Under the pieces are notes generated by a model. The model worked only from the letters and a program-made list of their open reading frames with translations. It was not told the origin of the DNA and searched no databases. From contig CM030334.1 of NCBI GenBank assembly GCA_017654855.1, forward strand, positions 1,922,001 through 1,986,000: DNA of 64,000 nucleotides, given 5' to 3'. Made by a program: the position numbers and the translations under genes. Shown piece after piece: positions 35,711-47,201 of this stretch; position 1 is the first letter of the stretch; every line of letters starts with the position of its first letter. This stretch comes from Podospora anserina. Taxonomy: Eukaryota.

Positions 35711-38417
35711 ATGGGCGCCATACGCAACACCAACCGTGGCTACGCTACAAGGCAAAGCAAAACCATGAACCACGTGGTTCCATACAACCAAGGGTCACGT
35801 CGTAAACGGTCCGCCAGCTCTCCTTCCAACACGCGAGACTCGGGATACGGTTCGTTGGAATCATGCCGGGAGAGTCACGAATCCCCAGAAGAATCTGATG
35901 AGCCTGCAAGTCCCATTGAGCTTCGCGAGCTGCCCTCCAACATCAAGAAAACAGGGCGTCCCTTTGCCAACCTGTGCATGAACTATGATGGAAATTCTTC
36001 CGAAGACGATGATCAACCCAAGGACGACGGTGAACAAACTCCAATAACCGGAAGCTCGCCGGAGACTATCACACGTCCACCCACAAGACTACACAGAAAC
36101 ACAGTCGCTCTGACCGTCAACTACCCTCGCCCACGACCTGCACTTTCTACATCGCTTTCGTTTGACGCCAGCCCGGCCCTTCCGCGAAGAACTACCAACG
36201 GCTCTCCTGGGGCCAGCTTTTCCTGGTCCCGATTACCAGACCGTTTCATTCCTGCAAGACCCAGAGAGAGAGAAACTCAGACGGAGAGGTACAGGACTAG
36301 GAAGCCAGCGAACCAACTGACCCGAGCCGAGAAGCTTCTGCGGCACAAGGGAGCCGCCGAAGACGCCTTCTGCTCCCCTAGTCGCGTTCCTAGTGCTCCC
36401 ATATTTGGCGACCTTCGGGACCGGGGAGAGCCTGTTCATCATGATGGCATTAGATATGTCCCAAGTAAGCCTCTAGCCCCATCAAGGCAACAAATACAGA
36501 GACTGACACAACATCCTAGCTCCCACTGCTCTCGGACCTAGGGATCTGAATGGCACCCACAACGGCGACAGACAGATCAGCTACGGCGCAGTATGGGGTG
36601 TTGGGGGTCTTGGTCCTGGAAACACCGCTGTTGACAATGGTCGAGGTCAGCTGGTCACGAGTAGTACAAACGCCAGGCATTTTCAGTCCAACTTTCCCAC
36701 ACTGCAACCAAGACCCGACGAGCAACGGGAGAAATACGGTGCGCGCCTTGCGGTGGCTCTCGGCCTGGATAGAGCCGAGAAGGTACTTAGGGTCAGTCTC
36801 CCTCGACAGGTCGATGCCAACAACCTCAGCTCCCACGGCCTCACCAAATGGAACGGCGTTCAATGGGTCAAGGATCACCCAACAACAGCCACGGCATCTG
36901 GCAAGCCATCTAAGAAGCGCAAGCTACCATTTGCACCGTTCAAGTCAGTTGATGCCTGTGGCCAGTGGTTGAAAGACAGCTAGCTGACTGCAAACAGAGT
37001 CCTCGATGCTCCCAGCCTACGAGACGACTTTTATTGCTCTGTCCTGGCTTTTTCATACATCAACAGCACCCTTGCTATGGGGCTGGGTGACATGGTGTAC
37101 GGCTGGTCTGAGCACGGTGGTGTACAGCTGTTGAACGGCAGTGCGCGACCCTCGCAGTACGAATACCTTGACGGACCCAGTCATATCACGAGTGTCGCCT
37201 TTTCGAGCACCGAAGGGGAAGCAGCTATCTTGGCTGTTGGAAGGTCGAGTGGCATGTTGTCACTTATGTCTTTGAAAGATAAGCCGGACCGCGGCGAAAG
37301 ACAAGGGGCAGGCCGAAGACCTCGATTCGAACTGTCGATGGAGTCGCCCGTCTCTTGTCTCAGCTGGAGGCCTTGCCTCAACAAAGAAAGGGCCGACAAG
37401 TGTATGCCTCCCGAGGACCGGGAATCCTTCGCGTACCGGGCTTCTTGGACCCATGAGGACTTGCTTGTCGGGACTGACGAAGGTCGCGTGCTCCTGTATG
37501 CGGTCGATTGGCCAAGTCCGGAGGAGAAGGAGTTGTGGGGCTTGGATGGCAGAGTAACTCTCTTGCTGAACATCCAGGTCCATTCCCAACAGATCTGCGG
37601 ATTGGCTTGGTGCCCCAAAGGGAATTACTTTGCTACAGGGGCCAACGACAACCTGTGCTGTCTTTTTGACTACAAGGAACTATGCGACAATATGAATAAC
37701 GCTGCTGATGAGTCTGGCTTGCACAGTGAGTCTACAGTCGAGACTGTCGAGACCGACATTCCTCAACAGGAGCCTCTGAGTGACGACACTACAGGGTCAA
37801 GACAGATGCCTGAAAGCCAAATCCGATACATCAAGTCGGACGGAGTGAAGCACAAGTGGAGGCATGGGGCTGCGGTCAAAGCCATTGCCTTTTGCCCCTG
37901 GCAGGACGGACTTGTTGCAACAGGCGGAGGATCCAACGACAAGTGTATACACTTTTTTCACACCAAATCAGGCTCAGCACTGGCAACCATCTCTGTATCG
38001 GCTCAGGTCACCAGCTTGATCTGGTCCACCACTCGAAGGGAAATCGCAGCCACGTTTGGCTACGCGTCGCCCGAGCACCCGGTCCGCATCGCCGTCTTTT
38101 CGTGGCCGGACTGTCGCCAGGTCGCGGCCGTGCCATGGCCCAGTGAGCATCGTGCGCTGTATGCTATTCCCTATCCTAGTGGTCCCGAGGAGGAGAAGCG
38201 GACTGAGAAGGGCTACTTGGATGAGCTGAACCCCAAGAGGCGCTACAAGATGGAAGGCTGCATTATGGTCGCGGCAAGCGATAATAGCGTCCGGTTTCAC
38301 GAAGTGTGGGGGCGAGACGACAAAGTGGCCACTATGGGCGGCGTCGGCATGCTGGGGGGTAGCGACATCTTGGAGGGTCTCGAGGGGATTGACAAGGAGG
38401 GGGATGTTATTCGTTGA
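35711..38417 (+). CDS. AMA1: Cdc20/Fizzy-family APC/C activator, meiosis-specific Ama1-like
   Basis: C-box DRFIPAR, PFKVLDAPSLRDDFY, HSQQICGLAW, AAVKAIAFCPWQ, C-terminal IR tail. Introns 36465-36519 and 36944-36997. Confidence 0.88.
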
Positions 38418-38877
38418 TTGCTCGGGGTTGAATGTCATTGCTCAGGAGAGTATTTGGACACCAAACACACAAGACCCTGCTGTACAAGGGGGTGACTTTA
38501 GCTGTGGACGAAAATCCACATTGCCACACAACCACAAGGAGAAGAAGGAACAAAACACACAAGATGGACGAGAAATTGAAGAGATGAGGATGGATGCAGA
38601 TAGTCAGTCCCGATAAAGAATGCACATAAACAAGCTTTTGACTTTGCAACATTCTTTTGTTCTCTCCCCCTCTCTCCTTTGGGGTTTTTTTTTGGCCCAT
38701 GTTGATGTTGATGAGGTGAGGAGGATCAGCCGTGTAGATAATTTTGTTTGTTGATAGCGAGCAGAAACAAGAAATTGGTAGCGTCAAAATTAAAGATGGA
38801 GTCGAACTTGTGATGAAGAGAGAGATAATAGCAAAACATCAAAAAGTTATAATATGAGAAGGCTAAAAGATATGCAC

Positions 38878-38970
38878 TGCCCAATAACAGGATTGAACTG
38901 TTGACCTTCGCATTACCATGTACTGTTTCCAGTATTAGTACGACGCTCTAACCAGCTGAGCTAATCGGGC
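38878..38970 (-). tRNA. tRNA-Ile(AAT) with intron
   Basis: GCCCGAT/ATTGGGC acceptor stem, D-arm GCTC/GAGC, anticodon arm TCGTA-CT-AAT-A, T-arm AACAG-TTCAATC-CTGTT. Confidence 0.9.
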
Positions 38971-39336
38971 TTTTCGTTGTTGAAGTTGGTGGTGGGAAGG
39001 AGGGTTTATGTATCATCACGAGTCAGTTTTGTGTGTGTGGAGGAGGTGATGGGGCTGATGTGGATGCCCAGAGGGTGGAGATGGTGGACGAGCATATGAG
39101 AAGCTTCAAGTCTGATAAGAGAGTGTATAGCAAGATGGATATATTGCAAAAAACAAAATGACGAAAAAGAGCAAAACAAGAAACTTTGTATAGTACCGGC
39201 TTGCAGCTGTAAAAAAAAAAAAAAAGAAGAAAAAAAAGGATGTATTCCTCCCACACAACCCCAGCTGCTGCAGTGCGTGACTTCCATAACTCCAAACTCC
39301 ATGTTAAACGCCTTCAAAACGATGAGCCCTGTCCCA

Positions 39337-40246
39337 TCACTTCAAAATAACAATCAACAACACCAAAACAATAATCAACACCACAATAGCAGTCATCTGC
39401 CTCCCCTCCCCACTCTCCGCCGCCCCCCTCGCCACCCGCCCCAACTGCCTCCTCGCCCTGTTGAGCGTGCTCGCATGCCTATCCGCCACCCTCTCGCTCT
39501 CATCCAGCATCAAGACCTGCGAGTCCAGCTCATCCCCAATCTGCATCGACAGCTCCCTCTGCCGGCTGATGCTCAGCCCCAGCGCGTCCAGCTGCGCATC
39601 TTGCTCTTCCAGAATCTGTCGGTGGTAGGCGTGGATTTGGGTGTTTGACAGCCCCTCGGCTTCGTTGCGGTACCCCGCCGAGTCGTCGTCTATCTCGTCG
39701 CGATATGGCTGTTGAGAAGAAAAAAGGGAGGAGCGTTGCGCTTCGAGGTCAGTGTCGTTGTTGTCGTCTGTGAAACGGACGTTCTTTTTCTGACTGGTGG
39801 TGGTGGTGGGGGGAGCGGGGGCGGATTGGGCGTGGGCAAAGTCTTCGGCTAGGGAGGGGTCGTTGGGGTGGGTTAGGGTCGAGGTTGTGGCTGCGGTGGG
39901 GAAGCCGTGGAATTGGGTGGTGAGGTCTTTTTGTTGTTTGTTGAGGGAGGTGAGGGTTGTGAGGAGGGCGGTCGATTTACTGGTTGGGATGGTTAGGATA
40001 GGCATAGATAGAGGAGGGGGGAGGGCAGGGGAGGAACGGGAGGGCGTACGCTTCCTCGCCTGCTTCTTGGAGCCGTTGTTGTTCTTTTCCTAGGGCTTCG
40101 ATCCCGTCGCGGAGTTGGTCCAGAGAACGAGAGATGTGGCCATCTTGGGTGTCGTTTGGGAGGTTGAGGTTCTTTGCGCGCTGGCGCTCGAGGAGGGAGA
40201 GCTTGATGTGGTCGGCGAGAAGGAGGAGGGCGTTGGGGTTGGACAT
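39337..40246 (-). CDS. SYN8: Qc-SNARE, syntaxin-8-like
   Basis: LLADHIKLSLLERQRA N-terminus, intron 39980-40049, SNARE motif EQDAQLDALGLSISRQRELSMQIGDELDSQ, C-terminal TM anchor. Confidence 0.88.
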
Positions 40247-40855
40247 GATGGTGATGATGATCCTGCGCCTGCGCCGAGTACCAGACTGAAAAAGCAAAAG
40301 CGAGGAAAACAAAAAGTAAATAGAGAAAAAAGGCACCAATAGTTGGTGGTGCGCAAGCCAGTGTCTTGGTGTGGTGTTGTTGCGGCTGTTTCAGTTGGCC
40401 AGTGACAGGGACAGGTTGTTGTCGGTTGAACCACATGGTTCTGGGCCGCTTGGCGCATTACGTAGGACCGCCCCACTGTTCTTCAAGGTTGAGCTACTGT
40501 ACATACAAATGTCTACCAGGCAGCATCCCGAGGTCATCTCGGTTTGGGGAGTGTATTTTCCTCTTTGCACTCATAATATATAGAAATTGAATTCTTCTTG
40601 ACCGTAATTGAAAGACTTCATATTCGAAAACGACAACCTGCTTGTCTGCTGTGTCGTAGGTGGCCAACTGGCGGCACCTGGCCTGGTGCATGGCCCGTGC
40701 GCCACCCGAGTGTGAGTGGGACAAAATCTCCAAACCGCCAGGTTCCGGGCTGTCAACTGTTCTTCCTACAAAATAATCGCTACAAAATAACACACGCATT
40801 GCCGTCGCAACGACACTCTTTCTTGTAGCGCTTGCCTGTATAAGTCACCATTACG

Positions 40856-41833
40856 ATGGATCACGACGGCCAATTGATGGCTGTCAATCCCGACACACCA
40901 TTACAACAGGAGACACCAACGCCACAACCTGATCAGAACCAAGATGGAGCAGACGCAACCGCCAACACAACCACCACCACCACCCCTAACCCCGATGTCT
41001 CAACACCAGAGCTCCCAGCCGCCTTTCCCAAGCGGCGTCGTGGCCGTCCTCCTGGACGTCCCAACATGTCCACCAAGGAGGAAGAGTTCAAGGACCACCC
41101 GTTAGTCAAGAACTGGAATGCGGCATGTGCAAACCCCAAAAACCCCATTCTTACCGTGGCCGTTGCTATCCGCGACGCCTTGTCAGACACTGCTCTCAAA
41201 CATGAGAATCAGAGGAAGATCTTCCGCTTGCCTAGCCATGAGTACATACACTTTGTTCAGGGGTGGATTACCGCTCGTCATATCGCTGCTCAACGGCCCA
41301 GTTACGTCAACGGTCTACTCATTCACTCTCGCGGTCAGGACGCGCCGGTGTCGTGTACCACGTGTGCTGAGCGCCGCTCTAAACACTCGTTGGGTCCGTT
41401 TTTGGAGTGTCGGGTGCTACCAGAGTTTTTCCATGGCAGTTGTTCCAACTGCAAGTGGTTCGACAACACGTCCAACTGTTCACTGTACAAGGGTCCAAAG
41501 CCAAACAGAAAGAGGAAGGCAAAGGACGATCAAGCTGCTCTGGATGCACCTGAGGACGGAGAAGCAGGGCCCAGTGATGCGAATCAGATGGTTGTCACTC
41601 AACAGCATCAGCAACCGGCGGCAGCAGGACAGACTGGTGACCACATACACCCTCAGCTTATGGGCACTGGGCCGAATATGCACACTGGTTATCCGGTTCA
41701 CGGGCTTCAGACGGGTCAGCATATGACTGATGCTCAGTTTGCACTGTCAGAGGGAGGGCAAGGGTCTACGGGAAGTGGGGACGGTGAAAGAGAGGGTGAG
41801 GGAAGTGGTAGTGGAGATGGGGATTCAGAGTGA
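40856..41833 (+). CDS. DUF3716-like Cys-cluster protein with AT-hook-like motif
   Basis: CTTC...GPFLEC...GSCSNCKW...CS pattern and RRRGRPPGRP. Confidence 0.8.
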   Translation: MDHDGQLMAVNPDTPLQQETPTPQPDQNQDGADATANTTTTTTPNPDVSTPELPAAFPKRRRGRPPGRPNMSTKEEEFKDHPLVKNWNAACANPKNPILTVAVAIRDALSDTALKHENQRKIFRLPSHEYIHFVQGWITARHIAAQRPSYVNGLLIHSRGQDAPVSCTTCAERRSKHSLGPFLECRVLPEFFHGSCSNCKWFDNTSNCSLYKGPKPNRKRKAKDDQAALDAPEDGEAGPSDANQMVVTQQHQQPAAAGQTGDHIHPQLMGTGPNMHTGYPVHGLQTGQHMTDAQFALSEGGQGSTGSGDGEREGEGSGSGDGDSE

Positions 41834-42262
41834 GTGCGCCTAAACCTTTATGGTATCAGTTGCTGACTGTGCTTCCTCGACAGTGATGTTGATATGCAGG
41901 TATCTCGTAACTTGGGGGCATTTGTTCAGTAGGACTGGGCATGGATGATGGGTTGTGGTGATGTCTAGCTTCATGCATAGCGTACCTGTAGCTTTGGACT
42001 CTAGAGCATGTAATAACAGTGAGTAGGTGATAATCAAGTCTTTGGAACAACAAATACTATAGTCCAATGGTGTGCTTACCCAGCGACACAGCCTTGATCT
42101 ATCGGGATCAAGACCTCTAGCTCCCTGATTGAGCGGTTTGTGTTTTAGCTGCTATCAGCCTCACTCACACCCTACCAAGTCCGACTCCTTTAACATCGGG
42201 CAGTCGCCAGCCATGAATTTTTAGAGGGGCATACAACAATTTTACCTCCGCAACATGCCGTT

Positions 42263-44170
42263 ATGGGCTCCGAAAACCCCGGGGAAACAACAATCGGCAT
42301 TGCCGCTCTGGTAGCGGCCGTTGCCGCCCTCCTCTTCGCCGTCGATCAGACCATTGCTGCGCTCGCCCAGTACATCTCCGTTAGCAGTCGATGCAGCAGA
42401 CGTGTGAGCGGCGTGTTTGACCTCACAGCAGGCTTTTGGTTCCACCTTTCCTCGCTGTCGTGGAATCCGCAATATCGAATGCCGGTGCTCACCATGCCGG
42501 GGTTGCGGTCAGAGCCAGTGGTAACCATGGAGAGAGACCCCTCCAACGCCGAGTTCAGGCCTGGGAAGAACTACGACAAGAAGAGAAACGGATATCTCGA
42601 CTATGGCGTCCTGCGCGTGGTAGCGGGGAGTGATGGATCCAAGGTTCACAGGAAGTCAGCATTTTACCGACATTTCTTCGGGGTGTTTTTGCTGTGGTGT
42701 GGACTCCAATTGGGATCGCTTTCTCTTCCATCACTCTAGTCTTTTGCTGCCCACCGGCGTTTGCGTGCAGTTGCGCGTGCACAGGGTGCTGTGGCATGGG
42801 TCGGCCTGAGGAGGAAGAGGAAGAACAAGATAAACGAGACAGATTTGACTGGTGCCGTCGGAAAAGGTCACGGGAGATATGCCTCGACTTGCTGACTCCT
42901 TTGACGTTTGCATGGAAATGGGCCATCAAGTACAAGTCCGCCATGGGAGTTCACCTGGTCTGGAGGCCGTCGCGTGGTCTCAGTTTCTTGTCAATTACCA
43001 GGCTATTTGGTGGGGACACGCCAACATCAGGTGGGAGTGGCAACGATGATTCCGTCGGATATCTACGGCGCTACTATCGAGACGACCATGGCTGATGTGA
43101 AGCTGTTGGCCGCACTGTCAGGAATGTCGTTTTCAAGCTCACCAGGTGTGATAGCGCGGACGAAATGTGGGGAGATGCTCACCAAGTCTCAGCACATGGT
43201 TCTTGGGGCGGTGGTGTACCACCGTTCAGGAAGGGAGAATATCGCGCCCAAAATCACCATGAAGGTCCGTGCGAATCCTCCACATGGCTGCACTGTCTGC
43301 TGGAGATGCAAAACCACCTCAAGGCCGCCCGCTCATTTTCATCAAACTTCAACTGATGATAGTAAACAGCATAAAATCACCACCCTCCTGTCCAGACCCC
43401 GAACGGAATACGACGCCCAACTCCCCCTCTCCCTCGGCAATCTCAGTTTCTTTTTCAAAACCCTCTTCACCCTCCCCTGGAAACACAACCTCTCCTCTGG
43501 CCCACCCCCCGCCCTCTCCTTGCAAGCAGAACTGAAAACTTACCCCCCTGTCGTTTCTGGTTCTCAATCAAGACATGAAGTGTTGACACCGGGGCATTGG
43601 AGTCTGAAGCCTGGGGCAAAAGTGGTGAAATCCACCAGGATCGTCGGACCTATCGGGTGTTTTCTCAACCCGACTCAGACTAGGACTTGGCTGCGTGGAA
43701 GTCTGGGGCGGGAGATCGAGATTCAAACCCGGAGTGTCTGTCTTTACTTTGCAGTACTAAATAAGAACTGCACGGCCGTATTGTGTAAATGCCCCGGTGG
43801 ACCTGCCACCATTGCCAGAGCTGTGAAGACAACAGGATCGTTTGAGGTGTTGATGGCGGTTGCGGCGGTGAATAACGATTTTTTGGGGAGGGTGGGGAAA
43901 GGGGTGTTGGGTAATACGGCGAGGGAGTCAGCAGGCTGGGTTTGTAAAGGGGATCAGAATGACAGGGGGTTGAGGAGGGAGGTGACGGATTGTATACAAC
44001 GGGCGTTGGAGGCTGGTGGAGAGGAGGGGGTGGTGGTGGAGGGGAGTTTGGAGTTGGTCAAGGTTGTTATGGCTAATACGGAGGTGGTGTTGAGGGGGGT
44101 GAGGAGGGGGTTAGGGGTGGGGGAATATGTGGGTTGGTGGTCATGGGAAGGGGGAGGTCTGGGAGGATGA
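42263..44170 (+). pseudogene. Frameshifted modin-like gene
   Basis: N-terminal TM plus QYISVSSRCS..., then AWSQFL and MIPSDIYGATIETTMADVKLLAALSGM blocks resembling fungal modin-like proteins (recalled, not searched). Coding signal is split over successive frames. Confidence 0.55.
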
Positions 44171-44714
44171 TTTTGGGGGGGTTGTTTTGGGAGCTTGAAA
44201 TTTAGTGTTTTGAATTCTCATGGGGCTGAAGTTGGTGATAGATGTAGGTAACTGGGTAGTTGTGAATGAGTGACACGCGCCCATGTGAGCCAACCATTCC
44301 GCCGTCCTGTCGTGGTCGTCGTGGCGACGAAGAGCATCCATCCGCTTTCATTTCACCCATACATCATATGACCACAACAAACCACCCGCTCCGCAACCCA
44401 GCAACCACCCCCATATAAGCGGAGGATCTTGGGAGCCTAGTGTCACTGGTTAGGAGAGCGTGGTGCAACGGTCAAAGCCGTTGCCTGCGTGTTGGTTGTC
44501 TCCGTCCCGAAAAGGCCATCATGTATCTCACATTCCCTTCTCCGATGCCGCCTATTTGTGAGGCTGAATTCTGAGCCATTCCTTGGCTTAAGTTCACTTC
44601 ACAAATAGGCGGCATCGGAGAGAGCAATGCGAGCGAAATGATGCCTTCACCACGGGTGGACAGTCTGTCTCTGAGGATGCCATGACAATCTTTTTGTTTT
44701 TGGTCAATTTGAAG

Positions 44715-45020
44715 AAAAAAAAAAGTTGGTTGAGGACGGGAATCGAACTCGGTCGCTGTCTGCCAGTCTTGTCCCTGGTTTCTCCAGCAACTGGGAGGAG
44801 CGACCACAGTATAAATATTAGGTCCACGTTGCTCCTTTCCAACCGAACAGCAGGCTACAGCCATTGAGGATCTGACTACGGCAGGCCCCGTGGTCAAGTA
44901 GACAGCCTGCTGGCTGAGGGGAGTGTCGAACTCCTCTCAGGGCTCCCACAAGGAGTTTCACATTTGATTCCGCCGCGAAGCAAAATCCGAGGGTTTTCGT
45001 AACTGATCTTATTCTCTCAC
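44715..45020. ncRNA. Candidate structured non-coding RNA, family unassigned
   Basis: At least five adjacent hairpins. On the minus strand a B-box-like GAGTTCGATTCCC lies just upstream of a T10 tract. Confidence 0.4.
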
Positions 45021-45654
45021 TGAAGCACAGGTGATTGCGGCATGATTGTTGTCGCCCACTGGCTTCCCATAGAATCCATTATCGTCGCAGTCTACCAGGT
45101 GACTAACATTTGACCCAGTAAAGGACTGGTTGAATCCTGAAGCCCATATCAACAAACATGTCAAGTACGTACTCTTGCCTCTTTCGGAAAGAAACGTGCA
45201 GAAGGAACAAATGTCAGCCACATTCTGACGCGGTCAAAGGTCGATGTATGGTCCTTTTGCCTGCCCGACAACTCTTGTTTGCTTAGACCGTCCGTTATCT
45301 CCGAGTGTTACGTGAAGCCTTCTTGTCCGGCCTTGCTGCAGGAACGTGCCGTCCGAGATCCAATTGCAGCTACATATATCAGTCTGCAGTCAGCACGGAG
45401 CTCGGAGCGGATGAATTCATTAACAGAGGTTAAGTAAGCTGGTCCACGTCACCGGTATCTCATCATCATCCCAAGGAGAGCTGGTCTGATGTTTTTGCGA
45501 TTGAAAGTTGTGGTGGAGATCGGACCTGGAGTAAGGAGATGAATGCTGCTGTCCCATTCGGCAAAAGAGGACGGCAATGACGGGATATAAAACAGCTGCA
45601 TCGCTCTCTCAACATTCACCACCATTGTCTTTATTCACATCGACATCAATCATC

Positions 45655-46712
45655 ATGAAGCTCTTGGCCCTCATCTCGGCCTTCCTATTCACAACCACCA
45701 CCCTCGCTCTCCCCAACAGCCGAGGAAAGCCCTCCAAAGGAACATGGCAAACCCTCCCCTCAATCAGTGACTTACCTCGCCAGGAACACGTCACCCTTGC
45801 CCTCTCCCCCTCCTCCCTCGCCATCTTCGGTGGCATTTTGCCAACCAACGACACCTCCTCCCCCCTCCCCTATTCAACAACCAACATCCTCCAAATCTAC
45901 TCCATCCCCAACAAAACCTGGACCATTGCCGCCCCTGCACCGCTAGCCCTCAACCACCCCAACGCCGCCGTCGTCGACGGCAAAATCTACCTCCTGGGAG
46001 GCCTAACCGAAGTCGACAACTGGGCCTGGAGACCCTCCCCTTTGTCTTTCGTCTACGACCCCAAAACTAACCAATGGGCTGACCTCCCCCCTCTCCCGGA
46101 CAGTCATACTCCCCGAGGAAGCGCGGCGATGGGGGTGCACAACGGCGTTGTCTACCTCGCCGGCGGCCTCACCATCCTCCCTCTTATTCCAGAACTAGGA
46201 CCGCAGCAGACGACGGATGTGGTCTCTGCTTTTGACACCAAGACCAACACCTGGGTTACGCTTCCTCCTAAGGCGAGGAGACTGCCGGAGGGGAGGGATC
46301 ACGCTGGGGCGGCGGTGTATAAGGACAAGTTTTATGTTCTTGGGGGGAGGAGGGACGGGCAGGATAATGTTAGGGACACGGTCTATGAATTGGATCTGAA
46401 GAGATTGGGAAAGGGGTGGGTGGTGGAGAAGGGGCGGATGCCTACTGCTAGGGGGGGAGTTGCTGCTGCGAGGGTGGGGGGAGGGTTTTTGTCTTGGGGG
46501 GGGAGGGAAATAAAGTTAATGGGACGGAGGGGGTGTTTCCTCAGGTGGAGGTATATGATGTTGAGAGGGATAAGTGGGAGAGGTTGGGGGGGATGGAGGT
46601 GCCGAGGCATGGTACGAGTGCGGTGGGGGTGGGAGGGGGTGTGTATGTTCCTGGGGGGGGGGTTAGGCAGGGAGGTGCACCGGTGAGTACTTTTGATGTG
46701 TTTTGGCCCTAG
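45655..46712 (+). CDS. Secreted Kelch-repeat beta-propeller protein, with a 1-nt frameshift at ~46480
   Basis: Signal peptide MKLLALISAFLFTTTTLA and repeated GG...Y...W Kelch units. The last repeats continue in another frame after a G6 run. Confidence 0.85.
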
Positions 46713-47074
46713 TATGGAGGTGATAAAGGGGTCTTTCGTTGCGGTTTTGGGGGTTGATCATGGATGGCTGCTGTACCTATTTGGGATCCATGGCACAAGC
46801 AAGTTTGATAATAGATTTCAGCGATTGTTTTTCCGTGACTTGCATGCAACAAGGAGAAAAACAATGTGAAATTTGTGGAACCAAAAGGACATCCTACCCA
46901 CAGGGTAGGCCGGGTGGTATATATCTCTACAAAATTTCTGTCTAATATTTGTGTGTGTTGTGTGCAAATTTAAGTTCAGAGGCTACGGACATCTGTTCTG
47001 CACTCCCACCTCCCACGCCATCAAAAGCCCCAACTCCGCCACCGAAACTCAGCAACAAACTCAAATACCTCACC

Positions 47075-47175
47075 GGGTGACTAGTCTAGTGGTCAGGACG
47101 CTTCGTTGTGGTTATTCTTCGCAAGAATATCACATACGATCCGAAGAAACCCCGGTTCGATTCCGGGGTCGCCCA
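47075..47175 (+). tRNA. tRNA-His(GTG) with intron
   Basis: GGGTGAC/GTCGCCC acceptor stem, CTTCG-TT-GTG anticodon arm, CCCGG-TTCGATT-CCGGG T-arm, downstream T-run. Confidence 0.93.
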
Positions 47176-47201
47176 TTATCTTTTGACTTTTTTTTCTCCC
47201 T

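Noticed and set aside
35711..38417. Premature TAG in AMA1 needing A-to-I editing, as reported for some Sordariomycete orthologues
   Set aside because: The TAG at 36539-36541 is out of frame once intron 36465-36519 is removed, and the spliced frame is open to the IR tail.
44725..44760. Additional tRNA gene
   Set aside because: Only a T-loop/B-box-like motif is present, and no paired T-stem, D-arm or anticodon arm could be built.
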